Sequence record: PP236086.1
Direction: 5' to 3' (one strand)
Length of the DNA: 64,000 nucleotides
DNA from: Enterobacter phage ZX14
Shown here one piece after another: positions 15,770 to 27,205 of the stretch. The number at the start of each line of letters is the position of its first letter. The first letter of the stretch is position 1. The notes under the pieces were generated by a model. That model ran no database searches and was not told the origin of the DNA. It was given only the letters and a program-made list of their open reading frames with translations. The translations under genes were made by a program, and so were the position numbers.

Positions 15770-16603
15770 TTATTTACTGTTAGCCCATACTTTCTGAGCA
15801 GAGAAACGCTTACCTTTAGACATGAACTGTTGTAATGGCATCATGACAACATTAGCCCAATCGGCTGGTTTTATTTCAACTAAAGGTCCTTTAATATTTC
15901 CAGGGATATAAGCTTTAATCATCTGGTCAGCACCTTGGAATCCTTTCACTTTAGTCCAATCAATCTTCAGTTTAGTAGAATTCGTGATAGTAGGCGTGCT
16001 CGCATATTGCTTCAGCAATTCTTCTAAAAACTGTTGTCTAGCTTTAGGCGGAATGTAGTGTAAGTTCAAGCCATACATCAAATTATGCTTACCTAACCCA
16101 AGATATATCACAAGTGGATATTTGTCCCAGTATGGTAATGTGTCTTTATGTTTAGCGTCATAGATGTAAGCATAAATCTTGCCAGGTTGTGGCTTAGAAA
16201 CCTGATGTCCTCTGATACCTTTCTTTAATGTCTCTGTAAACCAACGAGCTGATTTGTTGTTTACTGCAGCGCCTTCATTAGCAATTTTATCTCTTATGCT
16301 TTTACGAAAGCTATTAATCATTATAAGCTGACGTTCGGCTTTGGTCAATTTATTGCCAGGTTTCTTTTCAAGCTTTTGGACTTGATGCGCCAGCTTGATA
16401 CGCGAAGCGTATCGTGACATTGCTTTAGTGAACGTAGCATAATTCAATCCACGTTCATCAGCGAAAGCTTTACCAGATTGGCCTTTAGCCTTTGCGTTAT
16501 ACCAATCAACACCTATTGCTACCCACTGTTGTTCATTTTTAGTAGGTTTAGCTGTTCGTTCTGTTGATTCGTTGATGAAAGAAATAATGCTCATCCTTTC
16601 CAT
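15770..16603 (-). CDS. 2: gp2 DNA end protector protein
   Basis: 277 aa (T4 gp2 is 274 aa). Basic protein in the conserved position. Confidence 0.65.
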   Translation of the reverse strand: MERMSIISFINESTERTAKPTKNEQQWVAIGVDWYNAKAKGQSGKAFADERGLNYATFTKAMSRYASRIKLAHQVQKLEKKPGNKLTKAERQLIMINSFRKSIRDKIANEGAAVNNKSARWFTETLKKGIRGHQVSKPQPGKIYAYIYDAKHKDTLPYWDKYPLVIYLGLGKHNLMYGLNLHYIPPKARQQFLEELLKQYASTPTITNSTKLKIDWTKVKGFQGADQMIKAYIPGNIKGPLVEIKPADWANVVMMPLQQFMSKGKRFSAQKVWANSK

Positions 16604-17052
16604 CCTAATTTCTTGAGTGAATTCTCTGTAATCAATCTAAAATTGATACCCATCTTATTTGCTGTAGCCTGAGCAGCAGTCCATTTATCTTTGTTCACAC
16701 ACCATGTGTAGTATTCATTCATAAATCGCTTTTTAGAAGCTGCAGTCATATTAGCAGGTTGTTTTGGTGGCTGGGTTTCTTTAGAAGGTTTTACTTCAAA
16801 GAAGAATTGTTTACCATCATCAAACTTAGCCCAGAAATCCATAAAGTAACGACGTTTTTTGCCGTCAGCATTGCTAAAATAAGGGATAACAACTTCTTCA
16901 CTGTTCCATTGTACAACATTTGGATGGTTGTCAAGCCATCTCATGAAGTATTGTTCCCATGACGACCGATAGGTTATTTTCTTCCAATCGCCTTTATATT
17001 TCTGTTTGTTAGTTGGAATAAATTTTCCCGAGTAGGCCATAGGGACCTCCAT
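16591..17052 (-). CDS. 4: gp4 head completion protein
   Basis: 153 aa (T4 gp4 is 150 aa). Divergent from gene 53, with a late promoter between them. Confidence 0.65.
   Translation of the reverse strand: MEVPMAYSGKFIPTNKQKYKGDWKKITYRSSWEQYFMRWLDNHPNVVQWNSEEVVIPYFSNADGKKRRYFMDFWAKFDDGKQFFFEVKPSKETQPPKQPANMTAASKKRFMNEYYTWCVNKDKWTAAQATANKMGINFRLITENSLKKLGWKG
17042..17049 (+). promoter_or_regulatory. late promoter TATAAATA (gene 53)
   Basis: Exact TATAAATA lying about 40 nt upstream of the gp53 start. Confidence 0.55.
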
Positions 17053-17070
17053 ATAAATATTGATATACTT

Positions 17071-17078
17071 ATTTATAA
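17071..17078 (-). promoter_or_regulatory. late promoter TATAAATA on the minus strand (gene 4 operon)
   Basis: The palindrome ATTTATAAAT reads TATAAATA on the minus strand, upstream of the gene 4 start at 17052. Confidence 0.45.
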
Positions 17079-17089
17079 ATGGAGGCTTT

Positions 17090-17692
17090 ATGCTCTTTTC
17101 ATTTTTCGATCCTATAAATTATGAAGCCAAAACTATTAAGAAAAATGCGGCCTCATTAACAAAATTAGATGTTCAGCCTATTCCAATGGCAGACATTTTC
17201 CGTGACTATATGTCATATTTCAAAAAAGTTGCAGCTAACTATAAGCTTAAAACTTATTATATCAGTGGTGCTCCTCGCCCAGAAGAACTTGCATATCAGA
17301 TTTATGGCAACAGCCAACTATATTGGGTTCTTTTGATGTGTAATACCACTTACGACCCATTCTGGGGTTGGATTACAGGGCAAGAGGCTGCATATCAAGC
17401 ATCTATTCAAAAATATAAAGATGTAGGTGGAAATAAAATTCTTTATCATGTAAACGAAAATGGTGAGAAGTTCTGGAACTTAGTTAGTTATCCTGATGCA
17501 CCACAGACTTGGTACGACAAAGGCGATAGAAATAGAATGTATCCACAATACCAAGGCCCACTTGCAGCCGTAGATACTTATGAAGATGCTATTCTTAAAA
17601 ATGAAGCTAAGCGTGAAATAAAGATTATTGACCCTTATGATATTGAATCTTTTATTTCTAATCTTATCCGTGAAATGGAAAAAGCCGTATGA
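17090..17692 (+). CDS. 53: gp53 baseplate wedge protein
   Basis: Start is taken at the ATG after the GGAGG SD (MLFSFFDP...), giving 200 aa against 196 aa in T4. Precedes gene 5. Confidence 0.65.
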   Translation: MLFSFFDPINYEAKTIKKNAASLTKLDVQPIPMADIFRDYMSYFKKVAANYKLKTYYISGAPRPEELAYQIYGNSQLYWVLLMCNTTYDPFWGWITGQEAAYQASIQKYKDVGGNKILYHVNENGEKFWNLVSYPDAPQTWYDKGDRNRMYPQYQGPLAAVDTYEDAILKNEAKREIKIIDPYDIESFISNLIREMEKAV

Positions 17693-19431
17693 TTAATATC
17701 AGTGATTCAGTTTCATGGTTCGTCGGTGTTGTTGAAGACCGAATGGACCCTTTAGAACAAGGTCGTGTACGCGTACGTGTGTGGGGTCTTCACCCTTATG
17801 AGAAAACTCAAGGTCCTGTAAAGGGGATTAAAACTGAAGACCTTCCATGGATGTCTGTACTCCAGCCAACATCATCAGCATCTGTTTCTGGTATTCAGCA
17901 AGCTATTACTGGAATGGTTCCGGGCACGCATGTATATGGTCATTTCTTAGACAAGTGGAAACTTAATGGACTTGTGTTAGGAACTTATTCCTCTAACTCA
18001 ATGGTTAAAGCTAATCCTAATGAAGGTTTTGCTGACCCAACAGGACAATATCCACTTTATCTTGGCAATGACACGAACCCATTAAACCGTGGTGGTATTC
18101 CTGGTGATGATTCTACAGCGAATATTATTCAGGACGCTAACCTTGATGTTGGTATTAACCCAGATGGAAAACCTCTGTCCGAAATACCAGAAGACAATAA
18201 CCCTGATTATACTATCCAAGCAATGGTTCAACGTGATGAAGGTCTTCGTCTTAAAATATATTGGGATGTGCGTGGATATACCGTAGGTATAGGACATTTC
18301 ATTGGGGAATTTGCCCAAGGTGATATGGCTGGTGCTAATAAAGCATTAAGTGAACAAATAGGAAGAAAGGTAACTGGAAATCCTGGTTCTATCTCAATGG
18401 ATGAGGCCAGTGAATTATTTAAAAAAGATTTAGAAAATGTCCAACGCGATATTAAAATAAATGGAACTATTGGGCCTGTTTATGCTAGGATGAACCGTTC
18501 TCGTCAGATGGCACTCGAGAATATGGCTTTCCAATTAGGAATAGGTGGTCTGGCAAAATTCACTAATATGTTGGCGGCTATGTTTATTGGTGATTGGGTC
18601 ACCGCGTATAAAGAAGCTAGAGACTCTCTTTGGTTTAATCAGACTAAAGGTCGAGCTTCTCGTGTGTCCATGATTATTCTTACTGGTAATATGGAATCAT
18701 ATGGTATTCCGGTTAACCCTAATCAGAATCCAAACGGAAGAATGGCTAGTTTTGCAATGCTTGCTGCGACAGCAGCGCCAGCAAGTGACCCGGCGGACCC
18801 ATGGGTCCCAGAAGACACTAGAATATTGTTTAAAGAACCTCCTTCAAGCTATAAAGGACAATATCCTTATGTCCAGACTATGGCTACCGAAGGTGGGCAT
18901 ATTCAAGAATTTGACAATACTCCCGGACAAGAACGTTATCGCTTAATTCATCCTACTGGAAGCTATGATGAAACTGCTCCTGATGGCCGTCGTACTATTA
19001 AATCAGTAGCTGATGCTTATTATATGACCCAAGCCGATTGTTCTACAATGATTGGTGGTGATAATAAAGTCAACGTTGGTGGGAATGAAGTCAAATATAA
19101 TATGGCTGATGTTAGGCGTCAAACTGATGGTAATGAAACTATTTTCATCCGTGGTAATGACACTAAAACAGTAGAAGGCGATGGGACTCTTCATGTTAAA
19201 GGCAATATTAAAATTATTGTTGAAGGTGATGCAGATATCGAAGTTCAAGGTAATGCAAAATCTCATGTTGTCGGAAACCATGAGTACACCGTCGATGGTA
19301 ACTTAACTTGGAAAATTGCCGGGACAGTAGATATTGATGTTGGTGGTTCTTGGACTGAGAAATTTGCTTCTATGAACTCTGTCGCATCGGGTCAGTATAC
19401 TATTGATGGTAGCAGGATTGATATTGGCTAA
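17689..19431 (+). CDS. 5: gp5 baseplate hub / tail-associated lysozyme
   Basis: 580 aa. Contains a T4-lysozyme-like domain (LRLKIYWDVRGYTVGIGH) and a C-terminal beta-helix repeat region (VEGDGTLHVKGNIKIIVEGDADIEVQGNAKSHVVGN). Confidence 0.85.
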   Translation: MINISDSVSWFVGVVEDRMDPLEQGRVRVRVWGLHPYEKTQGPVKGIKTEDLPWMSVLQPTSSASVSGIQQAITGMVPGTHVYGHFLDKWKLNGLVLGTYSSNSMVKANPNEGFADPTGQYPLYLGNDTNPLNRGGIPGDDSTANIIQDANLDVGINPDGKPLSEIPEDNNPDYTIQAMVQRDEGLRLKIYWDVRGYTVGIGHFIGEFAQGDMAGANKALSEQIGRKVTGNPGSISMDEASELFKKDLENVQRDIKINGTIGPVYARMNRSRQMALENMAFQLGIGGLAKFTNMLAAMFIGDWVTAYKEARDSLWFNQTKGRASRVSMIILTGNMESYGIPVNPNQNPNGRMASFAMLAATAAPASDPADPWVPEDTRILFKEPPSSYKGQYPYVQTMATEGGHIQEFDNTPGQERYRLIHPTGSYDETAPDGRRTIKSVADAYYMTQADCSTMIGGDNKVNVGGNEVKYNMADVRRQTDGNETIFIRGNDTKTVEGDGTLHVKGNIKIIVEGDADIEVQGNAKSHVVGNHEYTVDGNLTWKIAGTVDIDVGGSWTEKFASMNSVASGQYTIDGSRIDIG

Positions 19432-19943
19432 TGGCTGAAATACTTCCTATGAGCACAGACCTTTCCGAAGATATGGAAGGGTCTTCTATCGACGTCACGT
19501 TCACTGCTCAATTTTTAGAAGGCGAGACGTTAGAGTCAATAAATATAATAGATTATGAAGCCACACCAGGCGTTAATGTTGTAGGCAACCAATTATTTGG
19601 TACTTATCGAGATGTTTTTGCACTTGGTGGTGATGCTTTAAAATATAGAACAATTCAAGGTCAACTTCTTTCTGCTGATTCTTGGGACTCACTTCCTGGT
19701 TCACTAGATGCACAACTTTATTACTTTAAAGCCCCTAAGGCGCTCACTAAGACATTTAATTATGTTGTAGAGTTAATCTATTGGTACCAAGCCCCTAGTA
19801 CAGGAGGGAGCGCCCCTGACGACCCTGTCGTTACTCCCCCAGCAGAGAAAAGAACTATCAGAAAAACTTATTTCAAAACTATCGTAGGTAATTGGTCTAG
19901 ATGGGCAAATCAATTACGTTCGTACGTTTATGCGAGGCCATAA
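19431..19943 (+). CDS. gp5.1-like hypothetical protein
   Basis: 170 aa ORF in the position of T4 5.1. Confidence 0.45.
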   Translation: MAEILPMSTDLSEDMEGSSIDVTFTAQFLEGETLESINIIDYEATPGVNVVGNQLFGTYRDVFALGGDALKYRTIQGQLLSADSWDSLPGSLDAQLYYFKAPKALTKTFNYVVELIYWYQAPSTGGSAPDDPVVTPPAEKRTIRKTYFKTIVGNWSRWANQLRSYVYARP

Positions 19944-19945
19944 AA

Positions 19946-20239
19946 ATGCCAGCTTTAAGTTTTAATAATTGTATGACAACAGGCCACCAAGCGTGGCCAC
20001 CAACAGAAGTTTTAGCATCTCAAGGCAAGGTATTTACTGGTGGTATAGCGGTTGTTATAGCCGGGGATAAAATAGTACCTCATACTGAAATTAAAAAGCC
20101 TTATGAGACACACGGTGGTTCTGTTGAACCAAGGACGAGTAAAGTCTTTGTTACCGGTAAGAAAGCAGCCGCAATGGCAGACCCTATTTCTTGTGGTGAT
20201 ACCATCGCACAGGGTTCACCAAAAGTATTCATTCACTAG
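19946..20239 (+). CDS. 5.4: gp5.4-like PAAR-repeat spike tip protein
   Basis: 98 aa starting [15 protein letters not shown]...; small and Gly-rich. T4 gp5.4 is 97 aa. Confidence 0.55.
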   Translation: MPALSFNNCMTTGHQAWPPTEVLASQGKVFTGGIAVVIAGDKIVPHTEIKKPYETHGGSVEPRTSKVFVTGKKAAAMADPISCGDTIAQGSPKVFIH

Positions 20240-20248
20240 GAAAATATA

Positions 20249-22192
20249 ATGGCAGACCAACCTACTAATTTTCAGTTAACTAGACAAGTTAACGCAATCC
20301 CAAAAGTATTTGTGGGAGCAACATTTGAAGAAATTAAAAAGAACATAATTGATTGGCTGTCGGGTCAAGATGAATTTAAGGATTACGATTTTGCTGGTTC
20401 TAGAATGAACGTCCTTATTGACATGCTAGCGTATAATACTCTTTATATGCAGCAGTTCTCTAATACGGCAATTTACGAATCATTTATTGGGACAGCGAAC
20501 CAACGTTCTTCTGTTGTTCAGGCCGCACAGGATAAAGGATATCTTCCTTCTTCTAAGTCTGCAGCAAAAACAAGTGTTCTTTTAACTGTCGAGAATGCTC
20601 GCCCTGATTACAGTATTAAAATACCTCGTGGGACTAAATTCCTTGCTTATGCACGGGAATCACGAGTTGATCCGTATCCGTTCGTAGTAACTGAAGACGT
20701 TATTGCAATCAGAGATAATGCCGGACAATATCGACCTATTATTAATCTGGCCCAAGGTAGAATTATTCGTACAGAGCTTTTGTTCGACCCAACACAGCCT
20801 ATTATTATCCAAGACCCAGATATAGACCGTAAAGAAGTTAAATTGAAAGTAAACGGAATTGAATGGACTGATTGGACTAATAAATCTATGGTTCATGCAG
20901 GTTCTACTTCTACAATTTTCTATATGCGTGAAACCGTAGATGGCTTTACTGAATTCTTCTTTGGTGAAGGTGAAAGTTCCCCATCGGTAGCAGGCGGTGT
21001 AATGGAAGCTAACTATATCGGTGGGTTAAAACCAACTAAAGAATCTTCAATCGTTATTGAATATCTTCGTACAGACGGTGAAGCTGCTAATGGTGCAACA
21101 GATTTCAGCTATGCTGATACATTAACTAACCTTACTGTTGTTGCTATTACCGAAAACTATGATAATAGTCCTGATTATGTTGGTGCGGACGGCGGCGGTG
21201 ACCCTGAAGACATTGAACGTATTCGTGAACTTGCTGTCGTTAAACGTGAAGCACAGATGCGCTGTGTGACCGGTACAGACTATGACACGTTTATTTCAGA
21301 ACGGTTTGGTTCTATTGTCCAGGCCGTCCAGACATTTACAGACCCAGGTAAACCGGGCTATGCATTTATTGCGGTTAAACCTAAATCAGGATTGTATTTG
21401 ACGGCAGTTCAGCGCGAAGATATGCAAAATTATTTGAATGGATTTAATGTTTCAACTATTACACCAAGTGTAATTAGCCCTAACTACATGTTCTTGAAAC
21501 ATAATATTCGTGTAACTTACGCCCTTAATAAGCTTCAAGAATCTGAACAGTGGTTGAAAGCGCAGGTCATTGACCAGATTGATAGATATTATATAGATGA
21601 AGTTGAAATCTTTAACCGTGGATTTGCAAAATCTAAAATGCTTACTTATGTAGATAATGCAGATCATAGTATTTTAGGTTCTTCTGCGACAGTTAGCATG
21701 GTTCGTGAAGTATTAAACTTCTTTAAAACACCAGCAGCTGGTATTAAATACTACAATCAATATACAAACCGTTCTGTAGAATCATCTGTCTTTAAATTCA
21801 TTCCTACCACAGGAACAAAATACGATGTTAGAATCGTAGCAACAGATAGAAACGCTACAACAGGTAAAGGTAAAATGGTTATTGGACCGTTCCGTAATGG
21901 AGATGTTACAGTTGGAACTCTTTATACGGGAAGTGATTTCAATAAGATGTCTGCTCCTGCGGACCAATCACGTTATTATGTGATTGGCGATATCGATTAC
22001 TATAGCGATTTCATTTATTGGGATATTGCTGCTATAGGATTAACTTCTAATAAATTTGAAGTCCAATCTATCGAACTCTATGCAGGTCCTTCACAAGATA
22101 ATATCTTTACTAAAGACGGTTCATTAATTGTGTTTGAGAATGACCTTCGTCCTCAGTACACTACAATAACAATGGAGCCAATTGCACAATGA
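20249..22192 (+). CDS. 6: gp6 baseplate wedge protein
   Basis: 647 aa (T4 660 aa), in the conserved order. Confidence 0.8.
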   Translation: MADQPTNFQLTRQVNAIPKVFVGATFEEIKKNIIDWLSGQDEFKDYDFAGSRMNVLIDMLAYNTLYMQQFSNTAIYESFIGTANQRSSVVQAAQDKGYLPSSKSAAKTSVLLTVENARPDYSIKIPRGTKFLAYARESRVDPYPFVVTEDVIAIRDNAGQYRPIINLAQGRIIRTELLFDPTQPIIIQDPDIDRKEVKLKVNGIEWTDWTNKSMVHAGSTSTIFYMRETVDGFTEFFFGEGESSPSVAGGVMEANYIGGLKPTKESSIVIEYLRTDGEAANGATDFSYADTLTNLTVVAITENYDNSPDYVGADGGGDPEDIERIRELAVVKREAQMRCVTGTDYDTFISERFGSIVQAVQTFTDPGKPGYAFIAVKPKSGLYLTAVQREDMQNYLNGFNVSTITPSVISPNYMFLKHNIRVTYALNKLQESEQWLKAQVIDQIDRYYIDEVEIFNRGFAKSKMLTYVDNADHSILGSSATVSMVREVLNFFKTPAAGIKYYNQYTNRSVESSVFKFIPTTGTKYDVRIVATDRNATTGKGKMVIGPFRNGDVTVGTLYTGSDFNKMSAPADQSRYYVIGDIDYYSDFIYWDIAAIGLTSNKFEVQSIELYAGPSQDNIFTKDGSLIVFENDLRPQYTTITMEPIAQ

Positions 22193-25100
22193 CTGTAAAA
22201 GCACCTGACGTAACTAGTTTACGAATTGACAAACTTTCTGCCAATCAGGTCAGCATTCGTTGGGATAACGTCGGTGCAAACTTCTATTATTTCGTAGAAG
22301 CATGCCAAACTCGCGATAATGGGGTCCCTTTAGACCCCTCTAGATATCGTTGGAGAAACTTAGGTTATACCGCAGAGAATGACTGGTTTGAAGATACATT
22401 CGTATCACCGAATCGCTACTATAAAATGAGGGTGGCCGTAGCTGCTAAAGGATTTGAACAATCTAATTGGGTTGAAACTGAAGAATTCCAAATGTTTTCT
22501 CAAAATGCTTATACTTTTGAGACAATGAGAGAGTTCACATTAAGTACAAAATTTATTAACGAAAAATTTGTTTTCAATCGTCCTTATATTGACTTCAACC
22601 GTGATTCTATAGTTGCGTCTTTAATGGCAGAGAATTTTCAATATTCTCCAGCATTTAATGATGTTAGTTCCATTAAAAACTTTATTCTAAATTCAGACCA
22701 GTTCCATGAAATACAAGGTCCTATCGAAAAGGTGTGTATTGATGTAGAACGAACTATGCTGGCTGAAATCGGCGACGTTCTTTACTTATTCGAGCGCTTC
22801 CAGCCATTAGTAAAAGTTTCTAACGATAAAGGACAAAACTGGCAATATGTAAAATTATTTACAGACCGTGTTGGTAATCCTGTTTCAAGAATTCCTTATT
22901 ACCAATCTAATACCACAACTTATGTTTTAGGTTATGACCGTGTGTTTTATGGGCGCCAATCTAACGATATAAGATGGTCTTCTGACATTGTTAAATTTAG
23001 TTCTCAGGATGTGACATTTGCCAAAATAGGCGACCAGCTTAAATTAGGCTTTGATGTAGAAATCTTTGGTGATTATGCAAGACTGCCACTGGCCATCTCT
23101 AAGATAGCAGAGGCGATTACTGTCTCTGATGACTATATCTATGTGGTCGGGCGTGATAAAGTCTTTAAGGCCAAAACTACCAACGCTCCTGTTGATACAG
23201 ACCCTAACTCACCAACATTCGGTGAGAAGATGTTTGAAACCGGATTTTCTAATATCACCGGCAACCCTAAAGCTGTATGCTTTAAAATGGATTCTGTTGA
23301 TGGTAGAGTACTGGCGCTAATCACAGGTGAAGTTAAAACTCTAGGAATGGACCCTACTGTCCCTGCTAATGTTATTGATTCTGAATCTAAAGGCGTTTAT
23401 TGGCTTGACGTTGAAACTGATACATGGACTCGCGTATTTGGTAATACTGAAGAAGAACGCCGTCGTATTGAGCATGGCTGGACTTCATTAGGCACAGACG
23501 GTAAAGAAATATTCTTCTCTAGTAGCAACTTTAAATTTGAAGTAGAAGCTGATTCTGAAATTTCTGCAAAATATCCTGATTTAGTTAATTCTGGTGTTAG
23601 GTATGCGTATGCAGACGAAAAAATCCATGATAAGCATTACTTAATGATGAGCTTTAGATCATCAGCAGATTCAGATTTTAAAGAGTTTAAGCCTGGTCGA
23701 ATGACCTATTATGCCGAGCCTTTCTTTGGTTGGTGCAGAAGAGATAGTGTTCGTTCTTGGATAACTAACAGCAATAGAGCAATGGTTGTTTATTCAGACC
23801 AGCTTTATCAAAAGACTATCGACCCGTATGGCTCAGGTTCTCCGGACAGGATTGTTCATGAATACTGGGAAAAGGGTCATGTGACTGTAACTGCTCCTAA
23901 TATAGAATTCAAAGGATTCAAAAAATACGCATCGGGTATTCTTCTTCATAAAAATACCGGCGAGATAATTGGCTACTTCGAATTTGACTATCGTGTTAGA
24001 GACGAAGCCTTGATTTTCTGGAAGCCAACTGAAATAATGTTTACGGCTGAACTGCAAAACCAAGAACGTGAAATACCATGGACTCCTAAAGTAACGAATT
24101 CTGAACGAGACCCAGACCTCAGACCACTTCTTACTAAAATGGTTCCTGATAGCTATTTGCTTCAAGATACTAATTTTGAGAAGTTCTGTGAATACTATCT
24201 CCAGTTTATATCCGACGGTTCAGGTACCCAGTATAACAACCTATTGAATCTTATTCGTAACAAATATCCAAGAGAAGAGGATGCTTGGGAATATCTGTGG
24301 TCTGAGATTTACAAACGAAATATTTACTTGTCAAAAGATAAACGTGACGAAGTTGTTCGCTTCTTTGAAGCACGTCAATCCGATTTATGGATGACAAAAG
24401 GTACAGAAGCTTCTTATAAGTTCTTGTTTAAACTTCTTTATAATGAAGATGTTGAAATTGACATTGAGTCAAAAAATACTACTGAATACGATATTATCGT
24501 AGAGTCTGATAACATCAATGAAGATGTCGTAGGAACAAGCATTTATACTCCTACCGGACGTAGTAATGTAACTTATATTGAGCGTGAATATAAAGATGGT
24601 AAGCTTAGATGGCGTGTCACTATTCACAACCTTTTAGGTAGATACTTAGTTGGTCAAGAAATCAAATCCGACATAACTGGATTCAAAGGAATGATTATCC
24701 AAGGTGTTCGTGGTAAAGATTTAATGACTAACAGCATTGATTATATCGACCGTAACAGAAGTTATTATGTTATGACGATTAAATCTAATCTGCCTACTTC
24801 TAGATATCGTAATGACGTCTTAAGATTTGTTCATCCGGTAGGATTTGGCTTCATTGGTATTACGCTCTTAACAATGTTTGTTAATACTGGTTTGACATTA
24901 AAACATGTTGAAACTATATTAAATAAACTTAAAAACTATCGTTGGTCCGATGGAATTCCATCAGAATGGTATGACCGAGTTGCATCTTTAAATAGCGCTG
25001 GTGATGTTAACCGAGACCCTGTTACAGGTGAAGTTATTTACTTGATTGCTCCTAATGCAGGTTTGCCATTCCCATTACCTTCAGATTATGACTCGGAAAA

Positions 25101-25281
25101 TGATAATTCTATTTTCCAAGGTCAGACTCCTTCTGAAAGGCGCAAAAAACTAAGTGCTCTGTTAGACCAAAGCGGAATAACATTCTGCCAATGGCGTGAA
25201 CTTGTTGATAAACGTCTTAAAGATGATATAGGTAATCCTAGAGACCCACGTAATCCAACACAGGTAAAAGTAGATGAATAA
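22189..25281 (+). CDS. 7: gp7 baseplate wedge initiator
   Basis: 1030 aa (T4 1032 aa). Confidence 0.8.
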   Translation: MTVKAPDVTSLRIDKLSANQVSIRWDNVGANFYYFVEACQTRDNGVPLDPSRYRWRNLGYTAENDWFEDTFVSPNRYYKMRVAVAAKGFEQSNWVETEEFQMFSQNAYTFETMREFTLSTKFINEKFVFNRPYIDFNRDSIVASLMAENFQYSPAFNDVSSIKNFILNSDQFHEIQGPIEKVCIDVERTMLAEIGDVLYLFERFQPLVKVSNDKGQNWQYVKLFTDRVGNPVSRIPYYQSNTTTYVLGYDRVFYGRQSNDIRWSSDIVKFSSQDVTFAKIGDQLKLGFDVEIFGDYARLPLAISKIAEAITVSDDYIYVVGRDKVFKAKTTNAPVDTDPNSPTFGEKMFETGFSNITGNPKAVCFKMDSVDGRVLALITGEVKTLGMDPTVPANVIDSESKGVYWLDVETDTWTRVFGNTEEERRRIEHGWTSLGTDGKEIFFSSSNFKFEVEADSEISAKYPDLVNSGVRYAYADEKIHDKHYLMMSFRSSADSDFKEFKPGRMTYYAEPFFGWCRRDSVRSWITNSNRAMVVYSDQLYQKTIDPYGSGSPDRIVHEYWEKGHVTVTAPNIEFKGFKKYASGILLHKNTGEIIGYFEFDYRVRDEALIFWKPTEIMFTAELQNQEREIPWTPKVTNSERDPDLRPLLTKMVPDSYLLQDTNFEKFCEYYLQFISDGSGTQYNNLLNLIRNKYPREEDAWEYLWSEIYKRNIYLSKDKRDEVVRFFEARQSDLWMTKGTEASYKFLFKLLYNEDVEIDIESKNTTEYDIIVESDNINEDVVGTSIYTPTGRSNVTYIEREYKDGKLRWRVTIHNLLGRYLVGQEIKSDITGFKGMIIQGVRGKDLMTNSIDYIDRNRSYYVMTIKSNLPTSRYRNDVLRFVHPVGFGFIGITLLTMFVNTGLTLKHVETILNKLKNYRWSDGIPSEWYDRVASLNSAGDVNRDPVTGEVIYLIAPNAGLPFPLPSDYDSENDNSIFQGQTPSERRKKLSALLDQSGITFCQWRELVDKRLKDDIGNPRDPRNPTQVKVDE

Positions 25282-26284
25282 TAGTTCTGTAGTCTATCGT
25301 TCGATTGTTACTTCAAAATTTCGAACTGAAAAGATGTTGAACTTCTATCAATCTATTGGTGATGGTGCAAATCAAAACACGATGTATGTTACTTTCGGAC
25401 GCTCAGAACCCTGGGCGTCAAACGAAAATGACCCAGGTTTTGCTCCTCCTTACCCAGTAGATGATGTTGAAGGAATTGAAGATATGTGGACCCATATGAT
25501 GGGTTCTGTTAAAGTATACAAGTCAATGCTTGATGCTATTACTCCACGTAAAGATTGGGGTGATATCAGATATCCAAACCCACGTAACTTCCAAGTCGGT
25601 GAAATAGTAGTTTCTAACAGCGCTCCATATAACCGAACGGATGCTGGCGCTGGTTGGATGGTTTATCGTTGTGTTGACATTCCAGACACCGGTACATGCT
25701 CAATTTATGAACTCACTAATAAAGAAGAGTGTATGAAATTAGGCGGTAAATGGACATCTAGTATAGATTCTATGATACCGCCATCTGGGACTCGTGATAC
25801 CGAAGGTGGTGAAATAATCAACTTAGGCGATGGTTATCTTTGGGAATATCTTTATGAGATTCCACCTGATGTAAGTATTAACCGTTGTACTAATGAATAT
25901 ATCGTGGTTCCTTGGCCTGATGAAGTTAAGGAAGACCCTGAACGTTGGGGTTATCAAAATAACTTATCATGGCAAACTGGCGATTATGGTGTTGTGTTTA
26001 GAGTTAAGGCGAATACCATAAGATTTAAAGCCTTCTTGGATTCGGTTTATTTCCCTAAATTTAGTTTACCTGGTAACAATGGTTTCCGTCAGATTTCTAT
26101 TATTAGTAATCCATTAGAAAAACGTGTTATTCCAAGCGACCCTAATGTCAAAGCTATCAAAGAATATTACGATGCTGTTGATTTAGATCGCCATTCCGGT
26201 GAAATGATATACATGGAAAATAGACCTCCTGTAATAAGAGCTATGGACCAGACAGAAGAAATTAACATCATCTTCGAATTCTAA
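25274..26284 (+). CDS. 8: gp8 baseplate wedge protein
   Basis: 336 aa (T4 334 aa). Followed by a UUCG hairpin terminator. Confidence 0.8.
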   Translation: MNNSSVVYRSIVTSKFRTEKMLNFYQSIGDGANQNTMYVTFGRSEPWASNENDPGFAPPYPVDDVEGIEDMWTHMMGSVKVYKSMLDAITPRKDWGDIRYPNPRNFQVGEIVVSNSAPYNRTDAGAGWMVYRCVDIPDTGTCSIYELTNKEECMKLGGKWTSSIDSMIPPSGTRDTEGGEIINLGDGYLWEYLYEIPPDVSINRCTNEYIVVPWPDEVKEDPERWGYQNNLSWQTGDYGVVFRVKANTIRFKAFLDSVYFPKFSLPGNNGFRQISIISNPLEKRVIPSDPNVKAIKEYYDAVDLDRHSGEMIYMENRPPVIRAMDQTEEINIIFEF

Positions 26285-26287
26285 TAA

Positions 26288-26305
26288 GGGCCTTCGGGCC
26301 CTTTC
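26288..26305 (+). terminator. hairpin terminator after gene 8
   Basis: GGGCC-UUCG-GGCCC followed by UUUCGGGG. Confidence 0.5.
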
Positions 26306-26312
26306 GGGGCTA

Positions 26313-26320
26313 TAAATATT
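26313..26320 (+). promoter_or_regulatory. late promoter TATAAATA (gene 9)
   Basis: Exact consensus 25 nt upstream of the ATG, after the gp8 terminator. Confidence 0.6.
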
Positions 26321-26344
26321 GATATACAATAAAGAGGCTAAATT

Positions 26345-27205
26345 ATGATTCCACAAGTAAATGGCAAACTTTTAATCGACGTTGGAGAGATTGGTAACGC
26401 CTCTACCGGCGATATTCTCTACGACGGTGGTGTTAAACTCAACACAGATTTAAACAACATCTATAATACATTCGGTGACCAACGTCTAGCCGATGTATAT
26501 GATTCACAGAAATTACATGCGACCGGATATTATCAAAAGGTTACTAAGACTTCGGATTTCGGACCTGGTGTAGACCCTGGCACTCAGGCTGACGTAGATA
26601 CTTCAGCTGGCAATATAATTTGTGCTGTTCGAAATGGTAAAGTAGGCGAAGGCGTAGTCTTTATCAATAGCACAGGTAGTTTTAGCACAGAAAACTTTTT
26701 TGAGATTCAAGTAGTAGATAGTTTTGTTTCTATTCCTTCTGGGAACCTTCGTGTTACTACGCCTTTTAGTAGAATTACTGTTTGGTGTGTTAGTGTAGAA
26801 GGCGGCGTAGTTAAATGGGATTATAGCATCGAAAGTATGTTCGGTGATAAGTCAATTCCTTTAAACAAAACGTTCCAACTTTCTAATGTTAAACGTGATA
26901 TTCAGCTTTTCCCTAAAGGACAATATCAAACAGCTAAAATATTAGCAACCGCTTCTACTACAGACGGAACTAAATATAAAGTATCTGAAATCCTTTTATA
27001 CGTTGATAGCGTTGCTAATAAAGTATATTCGACTGAATATGCGGTTATAAGAGGTGGAGCCACAGACGACGAAGATGAATTATATGATTTGACGTTTAGC
27101 TCTCCTGTAGGCGATTATATAATTGCTACAGTAAATAGCCCGAGCCCAACAATGCGCTTGGCTCTTAAAATAGTAGAAACGCAATCATTTGGGGTTACTA
27201 TCTAA
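26345..27205 (+). CDS. 9: gp9 baseplate wedge / long tail fibre socket
   Basis: 286 aa (T4 288 aa). A TATAAATA late promoter lies upstream. Confidence 0.75.
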   Translation: MIPQVNGKLLIDVGEIGNASTGDILYDGGVKLNTDLNNIYNTFGDQRLADVYDSQKLHATGYYQKVTKTSDFGPGVDPGTQADVDTSAGNIICAVRNGKVGEGVVFINSTGSFSTENFFEIQVVDSFVSIPSGNLRVTTPFSRITVWCVSVEGGVVKWDYSIESMFGDKSIPLNKTFQLSNVKRDIQLFPKGQYQTAKILATASTTDGTKYKVSEILLYVDSVANKVYSTEYAVIRGGATDDEDELYDLTFSSPVGDYIIATVNSPSPTMRLALKIVETQSFGVTI

